Source: Octopus vulgaris (taxonomy: Eukaryota). Taken from it: a stretch of DNA of 64,000 nt. A program made the translations under genes and the position numbers. This document shows, in pieces, positions 1 to 13,950 of this stretch. Numbering within the stretch: the stretch's first letter is position 1; every line of letters begins with the position of its first letter. The notes beneath the pieces were generated by a model that was given only the letters and a program-made list of their open reading frames with translations, had not been told where the DNA came from and made no database searches. The DNA is taken from positions 38,936,001 to 39,000,000 of the forward strand of contig OX597840.1 of NCBI GenBank assembly GCA_951406725.2. The letters run 5' to 3'.

Positions 1-402
1 ACAGGACATGGTTGTGGTGAATACAAGAGAAAGGACATGTATTCTGACCGACGTAACATACCCCGGTGACAACAGGATCAATTTGAAAGAAGGAAAAATA
101 CACAACTATGACGATTTTAAGTGGGAAATACGGACGTTGTGGTCAATAAGAAAGTAGATGTGATAGCAAGAGTAATTGGTGCACTTGGAAGTATCAGGAC
201 TCAACTACCAATGTGGCTGAAAAAGATTGGTGCAAGTGTGAAGGTAGAACACCTAAAAAAAACAGCGTTGCTTGGAACTTTAAGAATCTCTCGAAGAGTT
301 CTTGAAGCATGACCAGTAAACAAGCGTCGCCTTAGTCTGCTGGCTGTGGGCCGTTGACCCTTTCCATCACACCCAGCAAAATCAGCTGTGATTTTTCATC
401 AC

Positions 403-403
<1 letters not shown>
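1..403 (+). mobile_element. 3' end of R4/Dong-type non-LTR retrotransposon (restriction-like endonuclease C-terminus plus 3' UTR)
   Basis: Across frameshifts it reads DMVVVN..CILTDV..PGDNRI..KE..WEIRTLW..VIGALGSI..KTALLGTLRISRRVLEA*, the R4/Dong endonuclease tail. It runs directly into (AAT)n at 404-473. Confidence 0.85.
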
Positions 404-436
<33 letters not shown>

Positions 437-473
437 CAACAACAACAACAACAATAATAGTAATAATAATAAT
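404..473. repeat. (AAT)n/(AAC)n microsatellite
   Basis: Direct sequence. Confidence 0.95.
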
Positions 474-545
474 GATTTCAAATTTATGTGCCACAAGGAC
501 GAGGTTGAAGAGGAAACAGTAGGATATCCCTTTAATTTCGTCATG

Positions 546-588
546 CGCACACGAACACACACACACACACACACACGCACACACACGC

Positions 589-635
<47 letters not shown>
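546..635. repeat. (CA)n microsatellite
   Basis: Direct sequence. Confidence 0.95.
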
Positions 636-637
<2 letters not shown>

Positions 638-723
638 AAACATTTCTGGTCGATCTTAACGATTAGTCACCTGACCCGTAATTTCAGGACCTTTGACCGC
701 AATAAAAGGAATTATTATTATTA

Positions 724-900
724 AGGTGGTAAGTTGTCAAAATCGCTTGCTCGTCGGACAGAATACATTCCGATGTGAGTTCAAAACCAAATGAGGCCCA
801 CACGACCTTTCATTCTTTCGAGGTCGAGAAAAAAAGTACCGTACAAGTACTGGGGTCAATGAAATCGTCCTTTTTCCTCCACCAATAACTGCTGTTGCTA
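724..900 (+). mobile_element. Degenerate SINE family A copy
   Basis: GAGTTCAAA B-box, CCTTTCATTCTTTCGAGGTCGA and AGTACTGGGGTCAAT match the intact family A copies. Confidence 0.6.
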
Positions 901-1167
901 TCAAAGTTTCAAACTATTATTATCATTGTTGTTGTTGTTATATCAAAGACGTGTTTGGTTTTCCTCAATTATATTTCAACATCAATATGTATATATTACG
1001 ATGTTAGACAAGAGGCTTGTACGCATTATGATATGTTTTGTGACAACCAATCAGAAGATTTATTTATACCCCCCCACACACACACACACAACATCACTGA
1101 ATAAATGTTGCCATGTTTTTAATGTTTAGGCGCAGGACACACATGTATATACATTTCCATAACATCG

Positions 1168-1192
1168 CATATATATATATGAATGTGGGAAT

Positions 1193-1232
<40 letters not shown>

Positions 1233-1247
1233 TTATATGTATGTATT

Positions 1248-1278
<31 letters not shown>

Positions 1279-1351
1279 GTATGTATGTATGTATATATAT
1301 ATATATGTTTATATATATGTATATATATATATATTTATATTTATATATATG

Positions 1352-1382
<31 letters not shown>

Positions 1383-1387
1383 GTATG

Positions 1388-1418
<31 letters not shown>

Positions 1419-1598
1419 GTAAATATATATATAAATATATGCTTGCTCGTTTATTATATTAAATTGTGATTGATGGAGTTAGAATTATAGTAATAGATAT
1501 ATTACTCTGAAACTACTGAAAGAGATATAATTATGCATCTATCTATCGATCACTTTATCTCTCAATCTACTTGTCTATCTATCTATATATCTATAAAT

Positions 1599-1671
<73 letters not shown>
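1168..1671. repeat. (TA)n-rich microsatellite cluster
   Basis: Direct sequence; source of the YIYI ORFs. Confidence 0.95.
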
Positions 1672-1675
<4 letters not shown>

Positions 1676-1815
1676 CTATCTAGCATTATATCTATTTCCC
1701 TCTTTAGTCATGTTTCCTGTTTTTTGTTACTGACAACATCAGTCTGTCTGTGAATCCGTCTCTATCCACCTACGTCCATCTCTCTCTCTCTCTCTCTCTC
1801 TGTTTCTCTCTCTCT

Positions 1816-1852
<37 letters not shown>

Positions 1853-2049
1853 TCACTCCATATATATGTCTCTATACTTCTATTTCCTTATCTTCTTTAT
1901 TGTAATTCCTTGAGCCTTTGGTCAGCGATATGTGGATATGAAAACACATTTTTATTCTAACAAGTGACCTGGAATACTGACATTCAGTGTAACAGCTGAA
2001 AGTTTTGGTCAATTAATGACCTCCATGACGTTACTAGTATCTCCCGGCT

Positions 2050-2260
2050 TTTATCCTTTCTGTCATTTGACTGCGGCCATGCTGGTGCAACGCGTTGATG
2101 AATTCTTAGTCGAATGAATCGACCTCAGTAATTAGATTTTCAAAGCCTGATAGTTATTCTATGTCGTTTATGCTGAACTGCTCAGTTACGAGGACGTAAA
2201 TACACAGACACCGGTTGTCAAGCAGTGGTGGGGGACGGAAACAGACACAATGTCCTTCAA
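2050..2260 (-). mobile_element. SINE family B, 3' half
   Basis: GTCATTTGACTGCGGCCATGCTGG...CCGGTTGTCAAGC matches the copies at 12404 and 24659. Confidence 0.7.
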
Positions 2261-2280
2261 ACGCACACAAAAATAAATAA

Positions 2281-2420
<140 letters not shown>

Positions 2421-2499
2421 AGGGCCACGTAGTGAGATGGAAACCGGAGCCATGTGATCGAGAAGCAAACCTCCAACCGCACAATTACCGGTTCCATAA

Positions 2500-2815
2500 G
2501 GATCACCCGGAAAAATTTTAAACAGTGGGTTACTTACTAGCAAAAAAATGCGTTAACATGTGACATTGTTGACCGAGGTTACAGAGGTCTTTTCTGTAGG
2601 CTTTTCTTTCCACGGATAAACCTTATCTGCTACCCCCATTACACTTTACACCATGACATTTCTGTGATACACGATCCCTATTGATCGTTTTTTTTCTTTC
2701 CCTTTTAGGATCCCTTTTGATCGAAAACCTACCCCACTTTTTTCTCCCCCCAAAGAAAAGCTCTACTTTGTAATCTGTCACGTCTGTGTGCAGCCTGTGT
2801 GGCTAATAAAGATAC
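2500..2815 (+). mobile_element. Probable LINE 3' end/UTR
   Basis: Ends TGTAATCTGTCACGTCTGTGTGCAGCCTGTGTGGCTAATAAAGA, resembling the family A SINE tail. Confidence 0.4.
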
Positions 2816-4415
2816 ATATTCCTTCTTTTTAATCTTTTATCTAATTACAGTGGGAGGAATTTTAATAAGGAACTCAAATACTTGGTAGGTTTCACTAGAA
2901 TTTTTAAAAAGGCCCAATTTATATATTAACATATGTCCCGTGCGGTGAAAGTCACAATAAACATTTACACGTATGACCTATTGACTCTTCCAGTTTTTGT
3001 ATTTCTTTCAGACACCAGACATCTGCTGTACTTCTGGGCCATTTATAAGGGATTTACTCAAAACCTGCAATTATCTTAGTCTCGTTTATATTTTATAGAT
3101 TTGGTGAACTGCTAATTTTCGTGAGATATGCAGACAGGCCAGAAATTGTAGCGCCTGTGTAAGTCCGGTATAGATGTATGCGTTTAAGTGTAGACACACG
3201 CAGGCACACACACAAACTCACAAACAACAGAGAGATGTACACACACAGGCATACATGAACGCAAATTCGCACGCTAGTGTGCTTACATAATATGAACGAA
3301 ATATATCCTCGTATATATACATATATAATTTAGGACAAACGTATACACACACACATACGTATATATATATACATATATATATATACATATATATATACAT
3401 ATATATACATATATATACATGTATATATATATATACATATAAATATATACATATATACAATTATATATATTTATACATGTATGTATGTATATATATGTAT
3501 ACATAGTTATGTATGTATAAGTGTCTATGTATTATCGCTTCATTTCTTTTATTTTGGCAGACATAAGCCCTCTCACATCGATTCACACACACATTTATAC
3601 ATCTGAATGTTTGTGTGTGTGTATGTATATGTGTGTGTATGTATCTCCGTGTCTCTATATATGTGCGTGTGTGTGTATTTAAATATGTGGTAGTATATTT
3701 GCATGTATTTATATATAAATGTGTGTGTATCTTTCCGTTTCATTAGGTGGCGCTTGTGTGTGCTTGGCAAGTGATAATACACAAATGCGTGCGAAGTAGT
3801 AATGCTGTGGAATTATCCGCCACGTATGATGAAGCTGTGTTTGTGTGGTAATGGCCATAAATATTTCTTTAGTAGGTAATTTGAAACAATAAAAACAATT
3901 TTACAAACAACAAAATGTGACAGGCAAATAAATACTTTCTTTTTTTTATATATATCTGGCCGATATTGTTTTTCGTTATAGATTGCTGAAGTTTATAATA
4001 CCAAGCGGTCTATGAAATTTTACCTCCATAAATTCCAAAACAACACTGCTAAGAGCCGGCAGAAAATGGCATTTTAAATTTTTTAATTTGTTTAAGATGT
4101 TAGAGAATAGATACAATATAACATCCTCTTACACAGACATACACACGTACAAACACATACACCCATACACAGATATATATGTCTACATACAAACACACGC
4201 CTGTACACGCACACACACACACCCAGACACATACATATATATATATATGTGCACACACAGACATACAGCCACACAAACATAAATATGAAATTATATAAAG
4301 TATCTATAATTATATATAATTGTATATATAAATATAAATATAAATATATATATTTACATACATACATATGTATGTGTGTGTGTTTGATTGTGTGTATAAT
4401 TATATAAAATTATTC

Positions 4416-4517
<102 letters not shown>

Positions 4518-4972
4518 TTATGAGTTCACGGGCAAAACACGCATACACACAGACAGATGCGTATTAAGGTTATTGTTCTTTGAATTTTGCGTTTTGCATA
4601 TGGCGTTATGAACAAAGTATTAGCACAAACGAAGCAAAGAAAATTCAATACGTATTATTCAGTAATCGGCTATTATAATATTATTACTCAAACTTTAATA
4701 ATATTCAATTGTTTTTTTTCTGCACTTAGATTTGTCTGATTTTGCTTTTTTTGTTTTTGTTTTTTTTTTTTTTTTTGTTTTTTTTGCTAAGATATATCAA
4801 TGCTTGTCTGTTCTCTGCAGGGAATTATTCCAAATGTTACCAATTAAGCACTAGAGTTGATGAAATCGCGTTGCCCGTCCCCACAAAGTTTTGTGTAATC
4901 AGTCATATTGGGAGATATTTTCAGTGGTTAAACTATAACCCTCAGATATATATATATATGTGTGTGAGTGTA

Positions 4973-5018
<46 letters not shown>

Positions 5019-5026
5019 TACATATG

Positions 5027-5068
<42 letters not shown>

Positions 5069-5076
5069 TACATATG

Positions 5077-5163
<87 letters not shown>

Positions 5164-5639
5164 ATAATTATACAGAATAAAAGACATACAAAAGTTAGGA
5201 ATGATTTCAAATTTTAGGACGCGCAAGTGGTTTGATAAGTGAAGGTAAATTCCATAACCACCTCATGATATGGTGGTATTTGAATACCAGTTAGTACTTA
5301 TTATCACCTCCTGTTCCAAAAAAAAAAAAATAGGTGACGTCTCAACACGGGGATTTACGTAATCACGTACCCTTCGCACAAAATTGGTTGGTCTTGTGCG
5401 AAAGTTTGATATCATTATTATCTAAGGTGGGAATTAGAAAAAATGTCAGTACACCGTGCCAAATGCTTACCAGTTTTTCGTTCAAATGCTGCCGTGGTCG
5501 GCTTTGCTTTTCATGACTTCGAGGCGAAGTACCAGTTGAACTCTGGGGCTGGTGTAATCGGCATATACCCCACTACACCCGAAGAAAAATCTTCAGGCCA
5601 TGTGCCTTTTGTAGAAAAGATTATTACATATTTTCTAAG

Positions 5640-5872
5640 TGGGCGATTTGGCAGAATTGTGAGTACACGGGGCAGATGCTCACCGGCTTTTCGTCTGTCG
5701 TTACGTTCTGAGTTCAAATTCCGCCGTGGTTGACTGTACCTTTCATCCTTTAGGGGTCAATAAAATAAGTATCAATAGAACACTGGGGTCAATGTAATCG
5801 TCTTAACCCCCCACCACCACCACCATCCGCCAAAAGGAAACATTCCTGGTCTTCTGCTAAAATTCGAAATCA
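5640..5872 (+). mobile_element. SINE family A (tRNA head plus Meta-like central domain)
   Basis: TGGCAGAATTG A-box, GAGTTCAAATTCC B-box, CCTTTCATCCTTTAGGGGTCAATAAAATAAGTA. Confidence 0.75.
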
Positions 5873-6316
5873 TTATTGCATGCTGTTTGTTTTTTTCTTT
5901 TCTATATTTTCATCTCTGCCATATATTTTTTTTCAATATGGATGATTCGTTCTCATTTACGGTTATGTCAAATATGATTAGTGCGAAGTTTATGTTTATT
6001 TTATATTATTTTTCTTGTTAATTTAAATGTCCTACTCCAGTCTCGGTTATTTTTAACACCATGCTTAAAACCAACACTCAACGAAGGCATGTTGGCGAAA
6101 CATACCTCCACAGTTGGCAAAAAGACCCATCTTTTTTTTTCCACAACGACACGAAAGAAGGGAAAAAAAGAAATACGTGAAGAAATATATTATCAATAAA
6201 AGCATTAACATTCTCGAAATATTCATTTTTCCATTGATTTTAGGAATATTGTTAGCAATGTTTGTGAAAATTTAGAACTTACTAAAAATTATTCAAGAAT
6301 ACATAGAAATTTTATA

Positions 6317-6464
6317 GGCGCAAGAATGGCTGTGTGGTAAGTAGCTTGCTTACCAACCACATGTTCTGGGTTCAGTCCCATTGCGAGGCAACTTGGGCAA
6401 GTGTCGTCTATTATAGCCTCGGGCCGAGTGGATTTGGTAGACGGAAACTGAAAAGAAGCCTGTC

Positions 6465-6499
<35 letters not shown>

Positions 6500-6724
6500 T
6501 GTGTTTGTGTGTCTGTTCTTGTCCCCGCAACCTCGCTTGATAACCGATGCTGGTGTGTTTACGTACCCGTAACTTAGCGGTTCGACAAAAGAGACCAATA
6601 GAATAAGTACTAGGCTTACAAAGAATAAGTCATGGGGGTCGATTTCCCCGACTAAAGGCTGTGTTCCAGCATGGCCGCAGTCAAATGACTGAAACAAGTA
6701 AAAGAGTAAAGAGTAAGAGTAAAG
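6317..6724 (+). mobile_element. SINE family B, near full length
   Basis: TGGCTGTGTGG A-box, GGTTCAGTCCC B-box, CTTGGGCAAGT, internal (TA)n, GTAAAAGA-type tail. Confidence 0.9.
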
Positions 6725-8426
6725 CCAAATACACAGATAAGTTGGTAAGCTAGTAGTTTTGCGTTTCCTTGTAGAATCAGACAAATTTTGTGTAGGAACC
6801 AGTCGAGGAAAACATGTCGAGTGAAAACACATGCATAGCCGCAGGATATTTCATTCACGGAAAGAAAAGGATGTTTTCAGCCATTGTACACTGAAAACGG
6901 AACGGATTTCTTCATACCAACATGTGAATAATTAACGCCCACAATAGCTCTCTTGCAAAGCCATCTTACATTTATAAATCGATGAAAGGGCCACGCAAAA
7001 ATGTATATAGGTTTTAAAATTGAAAACGGGAACGGAATTCAATTCAAGAATGAAAAGGCTGATGCGATTTAAGAATGTATAAGCTGTTGCGAAGTTTCGA
7101 AGCTGCATTCCTGGACATACCAGTGATGATAGTGGGAAAGGAAGAAAGAAAAAGATTTCTTCGCAACAGCAGAACGAAAAGCAGACGACAGTCTTCAGAG
7201 AACCGTGAAGCAAAGTATAAGAGATGGAGAAATATAACCGCGGGCGCTCTGCCCTGGAATCCGGTCAATCTAATGGATGGCAAAAAGGGGAGAGGAGTGA
7301 AATGGCTTTACACAGTTTGAAGAAATAGGTTTGAAATAATAAATAATTGTACTGAATAAAAAAGGAGTATGTTTAAATTTCAAAAGAGTTAAAAGAATAT
7401 ATTTAGGATTCTCAAACCTTGCAATGCGAAAAAATGGTGGTCGTGTGTCCCTTCCCGATTTTCACTGCGTTTACTGGTACCTGATGTAGCCAAACCCGGC
7501 TACTATATTGTCTTTTGAAGGTTGGAATATTATTGTACCACGAAAAGATTATTAAATCGTCGGAGAGTGTACGAAAAGGAAAAAAAAAAGGATAAGAAGG
7601 ATATTACAAATGAAGTGAACGCTGTGAGGCGAAGATAAGAATGGACAACAGGGACGATATGGAGGGAGACGACATGCACTTCTCAGCCCTTTTGAAAATC
7701 TGATCAATACCTTAGAAACGTGTTAATCCAAGAAAACCAATTATTACAGAAGAATTTGTTATGAAAGACATCTATCAAAACAATAAAATGATGCAATCTT
7801 ATGCAATGTTATTCATAAGAAATTAACTCTTTCTCGTCTTATAGAACGCTGAAAATGGTGACACATGGTTTGGCTATTTTCTTCATATTCTGTAAGCCAT
7901 TTTACTCCTCTCCACATTTTACTTTCCATTGCTTGACCCACCTTAACCTTCTTCAGAAACTCCATTTGAACATTTCAATGCTTTTCTATGCATAAACAAA
8001 TGATGTGTAAAATTGCCTTCAATGAGAAATGGAAATGGATACTTTTAGGTTGACGAGGTAGATACATCGGCAAGATTATTTTGCAGTTTTGTTCTGGTAT
8101 TTTAGGTCCTCAGTTCCAAGCATCTGAAGGTCAAGCTAACCATTCATCCCTCAGGGGTCAATGTAGCAGGTGCTCACCGAATAAAGCATCAGATTAATTC
8201 AACCAACCCCTTCCCTTTAAAACTTCTGACTTTTTTGTCAAAATTAAAATGAATTATTGTGACATGACGTAAAATTAACTTCCGTGGGATATGAACACGG
8301 AACGGAAAATCACGGAATGAACTTCAAAGTATTTTCCAAAATGGTAACTCGCTAACCAACTCCATTGTTAAGACATGCTTGGAGATTATAGACAACTGTA
8401 GGGAAAAAAATACATATATATTTTTT

Positions 8427-8493
<67 letters not shown>

Positions 8494-8887
8494 TAAGTGA
8501 GAGAGAGAAAAAGTGAGAGAGACACAGAGCGAGGAAAAATAGAAATATATATAGTAAGAGATGTAGATAGAAAGATAGATAATAATCTAAGTGTGTATGT
8601 GTATATGTGTCTGCTTGTGAGGTATGTATGTCTGTCCCATGTGTGTGTGTGTTCATATGTTTGTGTGTGTATGTGAGTGTGCATGCGTCTCTGTGTATGG
8701 CGGGTAATCTGAAATTTAATATAAGTATATATATAATATTTAATTACCAACATTGCTAGGAGATGTAGAGGAACGTCAAGATATTTGTTCATACTTACTT
8801 ACATGTATCCTTCAGATAGAGCTCATGCGTAGACAAACGCACACATTCACACACAGGTATACACACATGTATATAGATACAGATTTA

Positions 8888-9286
<399 letters not shown>

Positions 9287-9760
9287 CATATCTGTCTATG
9301 TATTCGAAGTGGAGATAAATTTCATATTCCGAATTATCTCACAACGGGATTCACTTCACATTGATTACATGATGTCAACTTTCAATCTATTACATACCGA
9401 GTGAGTGCCGTACACACGCGCTCGCCTGCATACGCACACATGCGCATACACACACGCATATACACATACACCCAACTGCTTGTACACACACACATGTTCA
9501 TATTGGCACACACTCAAGAATACAAACCGATATCCACAAATTCAGTTTCTTATATATATATATATATATATATACAACGCCTTTGTATTTAGTTTCACCA
9601 ATTTCTTATAAAATTGCTTTAAATATTTCCAATATTTCGCATTGGAAGCAAGCATGGCAAAGAAGCTGTGAATGTGGTTTCTCAGTCCTGAAATCCCTGG
9701 TTCGTTTCTTGTGCAGTTCTCAGCGAATTCGGCTAACTTAGATTATAGACAAAGACTGTA

Positions 9761-9801
9761 GAACTCCTGATGAAGGGGCCCTGTAAACCAATGGTCTAGT
9801 T
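9761..9801 (+). ncRNA. Degenerate type I hammerhead-like motif
   Basis: gaactc CTGATGA aggg-g-ccct GTAAA cca-a-tgg TC tagttt: stems II and III present, GAAA carries a T insertion, stem I imperfect. Confidence 0.45.
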
Positions 9802-11851
9802 TTGTCACTTGTTCCGTCGTGATAGTTCTGAATGAGAATTCCAATATGGGAAAATAGGCCAGCCGTATAATCACCCTACATACCCTTTAAAAATCATCCC
9901 ATGGTCAAATGAGTCTACGGAATACCCAACCACGTACGAATATATTTAACGAGAAGATACATTAATTGAGTGTAGACGTTTATGCTCATTGTTCGAGGAT
10001 TTCCAGGTGTAATAAGACATCTCTCTTTTGCAGTATATTCCATATCGGGAACTATACCATGTCATGGGTGCTTCTCTTATCAATCCTGAAAGACAGAACT
10101 CGTCAAAATTTTTGGAACTTGGGAAATACACTGAATTTTAACTTTCATAGCGTCAAACGAACAAATATATTGGTGTTCAATAAGTGAAAATGCCTTCCAA
10201 TACATTCACTGCTTCGCCTACGAACTGGTCTGTTGGCATTGAGAATAATAGTTTCAAGTACTCGTTCCGTTGATTAAAATCTTTAAAAACTCGTCACACA
10301 TTTTTTCCTGCCTTGAAGGCACCGTTTTCTCGATGACTGAAGCCTAGATTTAAATTCCTAACTCAAACAACCGAAATAAGTACCACTATTCAGTCCTTCA
10401 GGTATTGTATCGTTACGACAATGCACCATTCTTGACTGATCACGAAATGGTTTCTCATAAACATGTGTATTAGAGTCGAAATGAAAGTTGCGTAATATTT
10501 CACCTTATTAACAAGTGAATTGATATTCGGTAAATCTTGTACTTAACAGTTAGTACTTAACAGTTGTACCTAACATTAGAAGATACGAGAAAATATGGAC
10601 CCATCGTGATTCGGTCGATTACAGAAAAATAGTGATGATACATATTGAAGTGATTCTGAGTGAACTAGAAGTAGTCGGTTTGCATCGGCAACTAGTAAGA
10701 ACAGAGGAAGGGAAATTACGATGTTGCCTTCAGGAAGAAGCGATGATAGGATTTCACTCAAGACCCATGGAGAGTGTAGATGGAGGAAATATGAAATAGT
10801 AATGTTTAATAGCGTGAGAAACAAAATTCATGGTGGAGCATACAAGCGTAGGCGGCAGTAACAATGGGAAAGTATTATCGGTTGGAAAGCAACAGTGAAT
10901 GAAAGGGAAGGAAAATAACAGAAAACATCGAGTTTGTTCTTGGAAGTAGAATGAATGTTTTAAGCACTTGGTGCTCAACAATCTGTACTGAAACATATTA
11001 CATGGTTTGTCTTGTAGCAGAAATTTACTTTGAGAAATAGTTCAATGCAGTCATTCTATGAGGTCAGATGTAATAGCACTTGTAGTAGAGCACTTAATGA
11101 ATACAGGCTTTCATGCTATTGATTCCTGCTAAATCAACCCGAATCGACATTTACACCTGGTGTGCACTCATCCATTTGATGCCAGCGTCTCCAAGACATT
11201 TCCAATTTTATCCATTACAAAAACATAGCGGTTTTTTTGTTTTCTTCTTTCTTTCTTTATTAATGTTATTTGTTTCTTCTCCTCTCAGAAAACGGGGAGA
11301 ATGTTTATGTTTCTGAATGCAAATTCATGAACCAACATCGAATACAACTACTTAGAGTTTGCAGGTATTCGTAACCATAAACCATAGCTAATACAATCAC
11401 TTAAAGCTCTCGAGGATATGCGTAATCTTAAATCAACGCCATACTGATAGAGAAACAGTCATTGAACGGGAGGGACTGCCTGCGATAACAACACTATTCA
11501 ATTCTGGTTAATTAAGTAAAATCACACTTAATCAGCGCAGGCTTGTATAATATTGCCAGAGCTAATCCCACTCTCACAGCCATCCACTGCCTCGTACACG
11601 CAGACACACACACACACTTCTCTCTACTTTTGATATTGGTTGTTATCTTATTTCGTGGCACTAAGACAGATTTACCATTCTGCATTCATGTGGCTTTGGT
11701 ATATTGGATTCAGCGGAGCGTATTATGTATGTATTTGTATATGTTGCAAGCTAGAATCAATCATGGCCATAGAATCTAACATTGTTTAACTGTATTAACG
11801 AAAGACGATAAAATTAAATATTATTGATATTTCCTGAATTTAGCAAGCGTT

Positions 11852-12085
<234 letters not shown>

Positions 12086-12403
12086 ACGGTGTTATATGTA
12101 AGTTGTAGGCTGCGTGCTTGTAGGTCATATTGGTTAATAACTTACCACGGCAACAAGTTAATTTAATAACATTGTTACTTTCGAGCTTCTGGGTGCGCAG
12201 AGCCGAGGGAAAGCAATCAATCGAAAGACGGTCAGTTGGACATTCCATTGAAAAATGATGGTTTAGTGTCTGTCTATAAACAGCAGGGTGAAGTATACGT
12301 TCAGCAGTATTTAAATTTGAGGAATATCTCACTGCTACCATTCGCCTTCAACTTCTTGTGAAATATTTCAGTGACTAAAACTAAATACTTGTGTTCATAG
12401 TTA

Positions 12404-12754
12404 TACTCTTTTACGCTTTTACTCTTTTACTTGTTTCAGTCATTTGACTGCGGCCATGCTGGAGCACCATCTTCTAGTCGAGCAAATCGACCCCTGAACT
12501 TATTCTTTGTAAGCCCAGTACTTATTCTATCGGTCTCTTTTGCCGAACCGCTAAGTGACGGGACGTAAACACACCAGCATCGGTTGTCAAGCAAGCAATG
12601 CTAGGGGGACAAACACACACAAATCCACACACAAGGCATTGGTCGGCCCGGGGCTATAGCAGAAGACACTTGCCCAAGATGCCACGCAGTGGGACTGAAC
12701 CCGGAACCATGTGGTTGGTTAGCAAGCTACTTACCACACAGCCACTCCTGCTCC
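12404..12754 (-). mobile_element. SINE family B
   Basis: Reverse complement of the 6317 family, with an internal deletion. Confidence 0.9.
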
Positions 12755-12765
12755 CTATATATATA

Positions 12766-12820
<55 letters not shown>

Positions 12821-12822
<2 letters not shown>

Positions 12823-12974
12823 GGAGTAAACACATAAATGTGAAACAATGTGGAAAAAAGAGTACTCAAATACCAGTGGTAGAGTAATATGCTTTATTTT
12901 AAGCAGCAGAAAATTCAACAAAATCTGTTACTCTGAGTTTCTCGTTGCCGTTCATCAGACAGATTTTGCTAGAA
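12821..12974 (-). mobile_element. Short HHR-bearing non-autonomous element (Penelope pLTR-like) in (TA)n
   Basis: Flanked by TA repeats, contains an HHR, homologous to 25724-25882. Confidence 0.75.
12917..12970 (-). ncRNA. Type I minimal hammerhead ribozyme
   Basis: Minus strand: agcaaaatctgt CTGATGA acggcaacga GAAA ctcagag TA acagattttgtt. 12-bp stem I, intact core, predicted GUA cleavage site, weak stem II. Confidence 0.85.
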
Positions 12975-13394
12975 TATATATATATATTACATTTGTTTTC
13001 AATACAGTGTTTTACCAATAGATACCACATAGTATTACCTTCTGAACTAGACAGATCTCGCACTATGCGATAATATATCGCGATATCACTTCCGTTTGCT
13101 CCCTCCTGGGCTTCACTGATCTTCTTTTCTACCCACGTCTTCTCATCTTTCGCTCAGTCTCCTCTCAACAGTCAGCCGCTATCTTGATGCTTATTCGCGG
13201 CCCCTTGGTAACCTCGTTCACATTTTTGCCTTGTTTCACTACCCCTTCATTTTTCCTCTCTTTTCTCTCAGTTCCCAAATTTTAGTTTTTAACCATCTTG
13301 CCATATCATCTGTTCGTTTCTAAATGCAACCAATGAATGTATATGGATTGATATATACCCTGTCCTACGCGGCCAGCTATCAGGATCATTAGGA

Positions 13395-13950
13395 TGCCGG
13401 GAAAAGGCTTAGCGGTATTTCGTCTGCCATTACGTTCTGAGTTCAAATTCCGCCGAGGTCGACTTTGCCTTTCATCCTTTCGGGGTCGATTAATTAAGTA
13501 CCAGTTACGCACTGTGGTCAATATAATCGACTTAATCGGTTTCTCTGTCCTTGTTTGTCCTGTCTAGGTCTAGCCCCTTGGGGGTAGTAAGGAAATAGGT
13601 ATTTCGTTTGCCGCCACGTTCTGAGTTCAAATTCCGCCGACGTCGACTTTGCCTTACATAATTTCGGGTCGATTAAATAAATACCAGTTACACACTGGGG
13701 TCGATATAATCGTCTTAATCCGTTGTCTGTCCTTGTTTATCCTCTCTGTGTTTAGCCCCTTGTGGGTAGTAAAAAAATAGGTATTTCGTTTGTCTCCATG
13801 TTTACATTTTGAGTTCAAATCCCGCCTAAGTCGTATTTGCCATTCATCTTTACGGAGTCGATAAAATATGTACCTGTTGAACACTGGAGCCGATGTAATC
13901 GATTCTCCCCACCACCGAAACTGCTGGCCTTGTCCCGAAAGTTGAAACTG
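13395..13950 (+). mobile_element. SINE family A with tandem internal units
   Basis: Three GGTATTTCGT..GAGTTCAAAT..GTCGAT units head to tail. Confidence 0.85.

Noticed and set aside
10040-10330. Possible Helitron Pif1 helicase remnant (minus strand)
   Set aside because: Similarity too fragmentary to support by eye
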